Under the pieces are notes generated by a model, which saw only the letters and a list, made by a program, of their open reading frames with translations, did not search any database and had not been told where the DNA came from. A program made the position numbers and the translations under genes. This document shows positions 52,884 through 64,000 of a stretch of 64,000 bases of DNA, piece by piece. The DNA is taken from positions 62,001 to 126,000 of the forward strand of contig JBHGNT010000067.1 of the NCBI GenBank assembly GCA_043228905.1, written 5' to 3'. Numbering within the stretch: position 1 is the stretch's first letter; each line of letters begins with the position of its first letter. Source of the stretch: Azolla caroliniana. Lineage: Eukaryota; Plantae; Polypodiophyta.

Positions 52884-55800
52884 AATACTATTTTTTTGTT
52901 TGGTTCGAATACTTTTATACAGTAGCCCTGTGGAAATATAACACATATATGTTGATAGATAGATCGCCAACATTTGGAAAATTTGTATTTGAAATAAAGA
53001 TGATATTGAATTAAATTAAATTTATGCACATAAACTATTGTTCGACTAAATTAAATTGGTTTCCGATGGCACTTTCTATTCGGCTAATTATTCTACTTGT
53101 TATCTTTAACAATTTGGTCAATATACAGACACATTATTGAGACACTCTCATCAAGAACTAGAACTAGCTCTAAGAAAATGCCTTGATTGCATTATGGGGA
53201 TTTTGATGGCTTGTTTCAAGCTTTCTTCGATTTTTCTCTAGTTTATGTAGAAGTCAATTATATTCATGTGATATGATAACTGGTTATGTTGCGCTGTGTC
53301 AAAACATGAACTCCCTTCCCTCTATTTATGGAAGGGGGTGAGGTTCTCGCACCGTTACTTGTATTGTTTCACAAGGTTTGTATTTCTTAGCATATGGTCC
53401 AAATTCACTTGCTGGAATACCTTCTCAACACAATGTGTAAGCATTGCCATTGTACACAATACTGGTTGGCTGTGTTTGTGCCTTTATGCAGAATACTGAT
53501 CGGCTACTTGTTTGTGGACTCTTTACACATAGTGCTAGTTGGCGACATGTTCATATTCAGATGTATATTTAGGGGAATGTAGTTTAATTTTGGATGTATG
53601 TTATGTAACTTTAGGGATGATCCCTCTTACTTCATCCACTTTAATGCCAACCAATCGTTGGAAAAACTTCAGAACACCCCTAATTATATCTTTATTTTTT
53701 TAGAACCAGTGAGTATGAGTATAGATTCCCTTGGTCAACCTTTAAAAACAGAAAAAGCAATGAATTGACCATATGCTTGCTCGTGTATATCATTGGAGCC
53801 AAAGAAGAACATTTGGGAGAAGTTTGAGAACTTACGGATATTTGTTGAAGGAAATAAAGTCTTAGAGTATACTTCCATTTCACATTGAAAATGCTATTTT
53901 TCATACTAGCTGAATTTGCTATGAAATTCTATAGCATAGGAGGACGATTTGATACATTGGGAATTCTATAAGGATGACATCCCGATTTGAAGACATGACA
54001 TAGGTGAATAGAAATTGGCAAGAAGTTATAAGAGAAAAAGGTAGGAGTCAGGACCATACTTCCTAAACAAATAATTGTTTGTCCAACCCTTCAGCCCTCT
54101 TGTCCTCCTTGGCAATCTAGTATAGGCTAGATTAGTTCTCATCTAATAGAAGCTAATCCCAATCACCCACATTTTGCCAACATGTGTTTTGATTTGGAAA
54201 CAAGGTCCTTCCATCGTGTATCCACAATCCACACAAGCTTGAATGCTACCGCCTTACATGCTAATTGGTCTTAGTAACAACTGCAAGTGAACTTGAATCA
54301 TGTTATTAAAAATTTACATTATCTACATGAATTTGTTGGGTTTGAATAGAATACCCAAAACTTCGCTATGGGATGGGCAACTTGTCACACCCACTACATA
54401 TGAATGTGGCTTCCAATTTGATTGGCTCTAAGACAAGTTTTTATTACTATTGATTATTCAGTACCTTTATGTATTTAAATCTTAATCTGTCATGGGGAAT
54501 GTGAGACAAAGGGAGAATTTATAAATAGAGTTTGGAGGTCAAATATGAAGTATGGAACCAAAGTCGAAACACTTTTCTCGCAATGTGTGATTTACAAATC
54601 CAAACCTCCATCGTCTAGAATGTCATATAAATGTATGTGCATGTGTGTATGCATGCATGCATGCATGTATGTATGTATGTATGATGTGTGTGTGTGTGTA
54701 TTAAATATGAGCTATGGAACCAAAGTCAAACATTTTCCTGCAATCCACACCTCCATTATCTAGAGTGTTATATTATGTGTGTGTGAGAGAGAATGTGTGT
54801 GTGTGTGTGTGTGTGTGTATGACACATATTTGTGCATGTATCATCTATAGACTATACCTATGTACATGCAAAGACAAATATAGGTACATAATACACAATA
54901 CATGTGTGTGTATGGAATCCACTTTCTAGGATTCCATTTGGATGTCTCATTAAGGGGTATGTGTAGATGGTTACAAGTCCCTTATCATGCATTAAACACA
55001 TATTAAAGGATGGAGACAGAGGGTTCATGTATCAACCTATCACTCAAAATGTTGTTATACAACAAATGGCTAATATCTTTGGGAATCTTCGTTTCAAAGA
55101 GAAAACGTCAAAATCATTTTGGAGAAGTTTATGAGGCGACAATAATGGATTGATTGGAAGATTTTTTTTTGAAAAATGACTTAAAAAATCCTAGGGGATG
55201 TTATATGTTGCACGGGCATTTAATAAAATTTATGCTTCCGTAAAAATATTTGCAGGCTTTACGAGCAAAACCCTGATCTCAAGCTCTTGAGATTTTTTGA
55301 CTTTTTGAGAGACATATTAAATCTCTAAATATGTGTTAGGGGACTAGGGTATTATCTACCTCATTATTTTACTGTAGACGTGCTTCTAAACTAAGGTTAG
55401 GCTTGTAATGTGCATTACCTAGATAATATGTTCTAATACTAGTGAGTTTATACTTTTCAATAAAAGCTATATGAAATTTTCTCTTCTATACTAACATCGA
55501 TGGGGAAGATAGGGATGTGCATGCACATTGCACATTCCAAAGATTGCCAATGATTAAAGCTTTTAATAACATATCTTTTGAGGTGTTTTCAGTAAGGAAA
55601 ATGGCATGGCTTGGAAAGTGATATGTGTCACACGTCCTGTGTTCTTGCAAGAATATGTGCCACATCCTCCAACCACATTTAGAGATGCATTTCCTATATG
55701 AAGTTAAATACTTGGCACTGAGTCAGTGAGTTGGCAATGTTGATATTTTTGAAGGCATGATTTATGTGCACTTCCTGCTCCCATGTTAAGCTACATTGGA

Positions 55801-57566
55801 TCCTTCTTTCACCCCCAATCCTCTTTGTGACGGACTTAACAAATAGGCTTACTTTTAGAAACAAAATATTGTTCACTGTGAAATTTAGTTCTCCTAAAGT
55901 AGAAGGCCCTTTTCACATATAGTGGAAATGAATGAAAAGAAAGAGTGAACCAATAAGTAGTTTGTTGTTTTCTAGTGGTTTTACACTTGGTCACTAAAAT
56001 TCGAAAAAATAGTCACTTACAATGGTTTTGTCCACAAAGATTATGCAAAGAATAGGGAAGTTAGGTAATTAGTTCGTGCTTATTAGCCAAAACCAATGGA
56101 GAGTTATCCATTTGAGACCCCTTGTTCGACAATGTGATGTCCATGTGGGTATCCTACGTATATGCTCATGATTCACACATATCTATACAAGCCAATGATT
56201 ATCTCTTTGAAATGGTAGCCTCTTTCTTAGGGACTCGAAGCAAATTATCTTGCATTTTCTCCATCTTGCACAAGCTACAACTTATGAAGATGTGTTTCTA
56301 CAACAGGCCAATTCAATGTACAGCCATGTTTGTATCACATAATACATTCGCCCTACAATGCTGATATATGTTTGATGAGAAATGTCTATCATTAGAAGTA
56401 TACACAAACATGGTCGTACTAATTATATTTAGTCCCTAGCAATATTCATCAATTGTGTGAATGATTTAGCACTATCTGATTGGTTGAGTAGCAATTAATG
56501 CCAATTGTTCATTATTTATTAGCTGATAATTTTATTGTGCAAAATATGATATATGGAGGCAATGCTACATTACCAAACCTATCAACTTTACATGAAAGTG
56601 GATTGTCGAGAAAATTGTTGTAGGAATCTAATGTTGTTTCTCTAACATAGAACATTCATTAGAATAAGTGGTTCATAGACATGTAATCTAATTGAAATTG
56701 GCATCAACGGGGTTGTTCATTATCTCAAAGTGGCATACCATTAGTATGGGACTTTGGAAACATACTAATGAGAATCATACCTATACTTCAGCTTTGAGGT
56801 TATTCAAACAAGCATCCACAAAATCAATCACTGGCAAAGTCATACCATTGTGTATGACACTATGTAAACAGGTAATAAGAATCGTAGGAATAACAAGAAA
56901 CATACCAAGAAGCCCATAAAATCACAACATGAATTCAACAAATTTGTGGTTCATGTTATGGAACCAAAATCAACATCACCAAATGTTTCATGCTAGAGAT
57001 TTAAGACAATCATTAGGGTTTGGATTACTAGTACAATATACAAGGGATCCTCAAAAGGTCAATGTTGGTGGGAAGGAAATAGACGGTCTTCTCTATTACC
57101 GTATACAAAAAAAGGATGACCTAAACCTAGTCTCATTCCATGTCGGCATAACAAAAATGACAGATTCACTCTTTGACCATGCTAAAAAGACCAAAATGTA
57201 ATGCTTTGATACCATGTTAGCAAAACATATGGGATGGAACCATTGGCTAGGATACCATGTTTACAAGCTATTCACTCAATATACCATGCCATTGACAATT
57301 GAAGTGTTACACGGGGACATTCTCCGATATGTGCCAAGTTAATGAGCCAAGCCAACGCACACAACACTCGGGGGTTAAGGGTTTTCCGAGTAACATGAAA
57401 CAAGCTATGCTTTACTATGAGCACACAACATTGTTAACGAGCCGGAACAATGGATGGATGTGAGGCACTGATATTGTGTGTGCAATGCAGTCCGCGAGTC
57501 CGAGGAAAGAAATCGTGAGATGAAAAACACCATATTCCTTCCTTCCTTCCTTCTTTTACATTCTAA

Positions 57567-58127
57567 TTAGTTGTGCCGAGGCGGGGCGATAGGGCAAGGG
57601 CCCCGAATGGGGAGAGGATTACCCTTATCATCATAGAGAATAAGGCCAGAGAAAGTGGGTCTCTTACATCTTTCACCCATAAGGATTGTATGCTGCCAAA
57701 CAGGGGATCTAAGCTGAAATTGTTGTTGTTGTTGAAGATTAATGTTGTTGAGAGGCTCCTCTGTTTTCCTTGACCCATTCTTCTTAGGCCCTCCTGTTTT
57801 CCTTGACCCATTATTAGTGACTTCCCCTGTTTCCCTTGACCCATTATTAGTGACTTCCCCTGTTCCTCTTGACCCATTATCACTGACTTCCCCTGTTCCT
57901 CTTGACCCTCCTTTCCCTCCTATCTTTAGAGGAGAGTTAGAAGAGGCTCCATCCCCATCACTACCTCTATCTCCCACTTGTCTCCTTCTTGCACAAACAC
58001 CCAATACAAACATCATTGAAATTAGACCCATCAATATACCTCCATATCCTATCACCATCTCTAAGAAGCTATAGCTCCCTCTTCTAAACATAGTATTAGT
58101 ACTCTCCATATGAACCCATCTTGCCAT
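57567..58127 (-). CDS. Small single-pass membrane protein of an uncharacterised plant family, 186 aa
   Basis: TM helix (VIGYGGILMGLISMMFVLGVCA) followed by RRR. C-terminal VWQHTILMGERCKRPTFSGLILYDDKGNPLP matches a conserved plant motif WQ+.ILMGE+C...FSG.I.YD..G. CT/GA-rich leader upstream. Confidence 0.82.
   Translation of the reverse strand: MARWVHMESTNTMFRRGSYSFLEMVIGYGGILMGLISMMFVLGVCARRRQVGDRGSDGDGASSNSPLKIGGKGGSRGTGEVSDNGSRGTGEVTNNGSRETGEVTNNGSRKTGGPKKNGSRKTEEPLNNINLQQQQQFQLRSPVWQHTILMGERCKRPTFSGLILYDDKGNPLPIRGPCPIAPPRHN
57761..57908. repeat. In-frame 33-bp minisatellite (4.5 units) within the CDS
   Basis: CTGTT..C.TTGACCC starts at 57761, 57794, 57827, 57860 and 57893, encoding GSR(G/E/K)TGEV(S/T)(D/N)N. 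Confidence 0.92.
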
Positions 58128-58223
58128 GATGGTTCCTCACAAAACAAGCTCTCCCTCTCACTCTCTCTCACACACACACACACATACACGCACAAGGAGT
58201 AGAAGAAGAAGAAGAAGAAGAAG

Positions 58224-58259
<36 letters not shown>

Positions 58260-58447
58260 ATACCCATGCTCTGTTCTTCTTCTTCTCTTCTCTCAGAAAG
58301 ACAGGGCCCCATCAAATGATGTATAAAGGTGGATTGGATAATAATAGAGCAAAAGCCACATCTCAATAGCAAGATGGGAAATGCATTATGGAAGCCAACT
58401 GTCCTACTTGTGTTGGGCCACTCATGATTGTGATTCTTGTTTAGATG

Positions 58448-58489
<42 letters not shown>

Positions 58490-59494
58490 TACACCACACT
58501 TTTGCAAGGTAAAATTTTGACCTTACACTAAAGGGTACATAACTATTACCGAATCACGATATTTGTTCGACCGCATTCTACCACCTCACCACTCGAGACC
58601 AAACCTCACTAACTGTATTACTTTACCTTGATGGATGCCACTCTTGGGTGGAGTGGAGAGAGGTGTTTAACTCATCATTACCTTCGGAAACACACGTTAC
58701 TAGACTGCCAAGGCTCATTGAACACAACCCTCACTCTCGGTTTCAAACCTTTAGATGCTGCTTAGACTCTATCGGTGTTGCTAATCTCTGTTCCTTGGAT
58801 CCATTATTCAATTACTAACATATAAACATAAGATAATATTTGGTGGTATAGGACATTGATCATATTTTATGTTTGTCTCATGTCCTTCCCTCTTGGGTTG
58901 ATTAAGCACCCTCAATCCATTAAATATACTTATAAACTTGGTCCCTAAGGTTATGTTGGTAATAGTTTGGTAGTATTCAATATGTATATGTTCTCATGTC
59001 AACACATGAGCAAATTGACGACCATGATAAAGTCTCTCTTCAACTAGTTTCCCATTGGGTCATGGACGTTTGCTTCTTCTACCTCTCATGTGTATTTTAA
59101 GAGATACACCTTAACCTTTGAAGTATAACTTTGATTAAGAATCATTGTATAGTTATGAGTTAATTTTAATTGGAGTTTAAATTATTATTTTTTGTGGATA
59201 TAATTCTCCTAGTGCTTGCATGGAAAATATGAAATTGAGATAATTTAATGAAACATAATGTAGTCAATAAAAAGGTCATGTATCTCATCAATGATCATAT
59301 AACAAAAAGACAGGTTCAGACTTGGACAAACTTGTGTGGAAATATACTTATCCTATTATCTCCATTTATAATGATCGTGTGTAGCCTACAACATGAGAGA
59401 CAGGGTGGGAACCTGGAAGAATATCCAAAACATTGTGATTATAGTGATAATACTCGAATTAGTTTTCAATAATGCAAACAACATAGATGTATAC

Positions 59495-59531
<37 letters not shown>

Positions 59532-62500
59532 ACACATAACTATGGAAATGTAAGAAAGTGAATTGAAATTAACCATCAACATTGGGAGAAGGATGACAAT
59601 CGTTTATTAGACTTATGTGGTCCGAGGAAGAAGTGTGCGCTCATGCATACATGACAAAGGGGTTACTTCAAGTGAACGCAACAAAGTTTCTTCAATCAAT
59701 GCTATAGAGAAAAAATAGCATTAGCTTTTATGCCACTGAAGTACAAGAAATTTACGTGTTTATGGTAGTCTTGTTTCTTGATTTCCTTTTAGAGACACCG
59801 AATCTATTGTCCTTATATAGAAATGATTTAAAACCTTCAATATTAAAGTCGACTCCCATATCAATTGGGATGTTTTCAAAGAAACCAACTTGTATGTTGG
59901 TCTTTATAGCTAAACTACATTTTTTTCAACCGAGGTTGCCCTAAAAATTTTAGCATGTTGTTGGGCTCAACAATCTTGGCAACCATAAAAAACAAAGTCT
60001 AATGCCATTATCGAGACTCTGTGATTTAAATAGAGGCCATCCTCAAAAATCTTGATAGCTACCTTTTCCATCTCTTTTGAAGGAGGTAAGAATGATGTCT
60101 TGAGTTGGATATTGGAGGCTTGGCACAATACATCCTATCATGTGTTTGCGAAAAACGCGATTAAAATGTGGAAGATCTAAACATGTATAAGTTTTCAAGA
60201 AAGGATATCGACGTTCAAAATATGTATCACAATGATGGATTAATGGCCTTATATGTTCACTTAATCACTATGAAGACCTCAAGTTTTTTATAAAAATGTA
60301 GCAATATTAGTTAATAAGGGCTAGTTAACATATTTGCCATTCTAATTTATCGACAACATTATAGGCTCTAGTTGTCCTTGCATTTGAGTTATGTTCATGC
60401 TTTTAAACGAACAATTTACACTAGTCACTTTCAAATATTGAAAGCAAGCCATAGGAGCTTCTATTTCACAAACTTCAAATCATTGAAACCAAACCAATGT
60501 GCGTATCCTCTATATATTATTCCTATGGTATTCATCGTGGAAATGAAATAGGCAAAACATCGGAGGAGCATTACACACAATTAGCTAGTACAAAGATTTT
60601 ATTTAGGAAGTGCACAACTAGTATGTAGGGTACATTTACATCATGAACTTGAAGATATGTAATGGCTAAACCAAATTGGCAATTACATATGTTTCTTATA
60701 TGTAGAAAAGGGCCATGTTTTTGTAGTTCCCCATCAATAGAGGATGAGCAATTCATAAACACAGTAGGACTTTGTAACACCATATCTTGGATGATAAGCA
60801 AAAACACAGTGAGGTAGAAAACATTGTTGAATGATAAACTAGATGCAAAGCACAATGTGACGTGTCTTTTGACATTGGATTTCAATTTTATGGCCCATCA
60901 AAATATATCTTGAATTGAGCATTGTCGATTGGCACAAATTTCAACTTTTCTCTCGACATTTTCATTATTATTGCGTCTTCTTACATGTAGGCTTTACATC
61001 CAACTTTTTTAATGGGCTTTTAAAGATGGTGTCTTAAGGTGTCAATAAAAATGTACATGATGTGATGTTTACGTAAATGCTATACTAGAATCAAATATTC
61101 ATAATGATATACATGCTTAGAGTTCGACGTTTTATAATTACAGCAAGCAAGACTCTTAGGAAGTTACCCCAAGGGTAAGAGGGGAGTTTCTCTAGATAAG
61201 TGTTTTCGAGTTCAAACCTCAATGCTTCTCCTTGAGATATCTTCCCAAGTCAAAGCTCAAGCGAATCAATAGATTTTATGTGAGCAACAAACTCAATGCT
61301 AGGAAACAAATATAGGAAGTCACTTCAAAACACATTGGTGGAGTAAGAAGATGAATTTGCTTTTCTTTTGATTCAACCTCACGTTGCATTACTTTTGCCC
61401 TTATAGGAGACACTTCTTGTTGGAAGTCGAAACATTTGTTATTTCTCTTTTATTTTGAGGAACCATAAAATAAAGTTAAAAGATACATGGAATATGGGTT
61501 TCCCACTTGAATGTATGATTTGCTATGGTGGAGGAAGCCTAAAATCTTTTGAGAAGTTCCCAAGTTTTGATCATTGTGGTGTGGAACCATTTTGATCTTT
61601 ACATTTGTATAGTCAACCAAAAAACCCCATGTTTGTATGAGTGTCCTATTTGAAACTTTAAAATGGTTGATGTTTATTTACCAACGACAAAGAAGTGATG
61701 CAATGAATGATATGAGGTGGAGCATGTGTTCAGTTTCGGGTATGTGGAGAAATAAGCCAAAAAAACATCGTTGAGACATATTTTAGATAAAAAAAAGTTC
61801 CTAGGAGGAATGCCAACTTCTATATTGATGATAATTTTTTGCCTAAATAATGTTATTTAATATAACGCATCAAACCTAAAGGTGGAAATGAATCACGATA
61901 AACAAATGCATCGGATTTTTGGTAGAAAGCAATATGAGTGAGACAACATTGTAGACACAAGTAATGAAAAGTTGATAACCACATACATTAATTACAACAT
62001 TACTTTAGATTGGAGATTCTTGATGTTAATTGATGGTCATGTTCCATAATATAACCTGAATTGTGGAGCTTGTTTACGGACAAGATTGCAAATAATGCAT
62101 TTTTTTGTCTATCATAGGATCTAGAACATGTCTTTTTGAAAGGCATAAAACAAGATGTACATTTACTGACGTGAAAAGACTGTAGTTTCATATTTTATCA
62201 TATGAAGACAAATACTCCAAATCTGGTGTGTCTACATGTGTGAAAATTTCCGATTACATCAACAACCTTTGTGAACATTTGTCCCTACTCGTTATGCACC
62301 CTTTGGGATCCAATCACAATCTCAAAGTTATGAAGCATAATCTTGATCAAAATTGTAATATTACTAGATGAATGCACGATGAATGCTACGATTTTATCGT
62401 TCAATCTCTCCTAAGGCTACAGACAACGGGAGGACAAAATGTAAATGACAATCATGGGTCAAACAATGGTCAATCATAATTATATGTATCACTAACAACA

Positions 62501-64000
62501 TATATAGCTTAAAAAGCTCAAGCATTGTGCTTGTTTGTATTTTAGAGGAAATGTTTCAATATGGGCATATGCGATGGGCACATACGTGAACAATTTATGG
62601 TATACATAGAGCAAGTATTGATTGATTGATTGATCATTGATGTGAGCACTTGCTTTGTCATTGATGAAATGGATTGATTTCATTGAACGATTTCTCAAGG
62701 AGCATCAAGGTTTGACCGCACAAATACGTATACATATGTCTATACTTTCCCTTTTAGCCTTGGTGCATGTAAATGCTTAAGAGTGATGGTGGTGACAAGT
62801 TATAAAAATTGAACTTTGAATTTTACGATTTATTAAATTAAATTTACTGATTGTGACCAATTGTTTCCATGTCTAGCAATCGTTGTTGTCAAGTTCTTAC
62901 TGGTCACTTTTCACCATTATTTTGTTGTCTATTATCATCTCTAAATAGCGCACAGTTGAACCCAAGGGAACTATCGATACAGATATTCATATCGGTATAG
63001 TCAACCCACACATTGAATATGTACAATTTACCATTAAGTAATTTCTTATTTAAACAAGAGATTTGTATGTACTTTGTCAATATTGTGCACTCACAAAAAC
63101 GTGAAAGTGGTTAATGTGTCAATGAAACACTTCACAAGGTGCATGTCATTGATATGGGTATAGAATGGTTTGTAACAAGTAAGGTGCATCAAGTCGATAT
63201 AGAATAAATAGTCTGAAACACGTGCTGATACTTACTAAGCAAAGATTTCGTTTGTCACGTCTCAACCCCAATCTCACAAAAGTAAATGCATCATTCATTT
63301 ATGCTTGGTTAATGCCAAACTTATGTCAATCCGATCAACATTTACTAGACTCATGTGTGCTTCATTCAACGTTTACCACATCACGTTCATCCAAGCAACA
63401 TTTGTAGCCACATGGGCCACTAAGTTCTAATAATCTTTTGCTCTTTTCATGGGAAAATTACCTAAACATATTTCTTAATGTATTAAGTAGGCCAATAATC
63501 CTCTAAACTTGTCCAATTATGAAATTGAGTCGTATAGTAAATAGAATTTACTCACTAATTACTTTGAATTTATTTTCATACATTGTCATTACTTGTCCTA
63601 TGAAGTTACATCTTTTAATGTGTATTATGCACTTGATCTTAAATTATGTGTAATTAGTAGTGAAGACTTAAACCATGTGCACATTTCCATTTTCTAATAC
63701 ATAACCATATTTAGGTATTTTTGTACAAGTAGCAATTGCAATTTTTGCCTAGGGTGAGAGTTTCTTTTGTTTTTGATTCATTTGTTTATATAAAAAGAGA
63801 ATATATAGAGTAACAATGAGATAGAAGAGAATACAATCCTTCATTTTTGTGCGCATGAATTTTCTGGCTATGAGACGAGCGTCATTAATCTATTACAAAA
63901 TTATCATTCTTATTCATCATGGTAGGATTAAGATTCCATGGCGCAACCTCAGAGTTCATGCTTTGCACACCTTTTGTTATGTGAACTGCACCTACCCTTC

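Overview
AT-rich, microsatellite-rich land-plant nuclear DNA; the lineage cannot be fixed from this window. I can support six protein-coding genes. Minus strand: a 4-exon UBC8/10-type E2 ubiquitin-conjugating enzyme (2818-4879), a 4-exon CRP1/At5g42310-like PPR protein (10194-15840), a Ser-rich EMB2170-like protein (~18224-19648) and a small single-TM plant protein with an 11-aa repeat (57567-58127). Plus strand: an intronless GC-rich 3-ketoacyl-CoA synthase (43732-45156) and a 6-exon peroxisomal SDR of the IBR1/SDRa type ending in SRL (49532-52883). Intergenic DNA holds decayed LINE, Copia and Gypsy remnants, one clear solo LTR with a 5-bp TSD, a probable second solo LTR, a hAT-type MITE family and many young tandem duplications, including a near-perfect 4 x 271-bp array. 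The most unusual structure is a rearranged U6 snRNA pseudogene (21010-21389) whose 3' half forms the loop of a 49-bp inverted repeat. A second templated inverted insertion sits at a duplication junction at 33.6 kb. Both look like template-switch repair scars. I see no convincing new multi-gene system; family assignments come from motif recall, not database searches.
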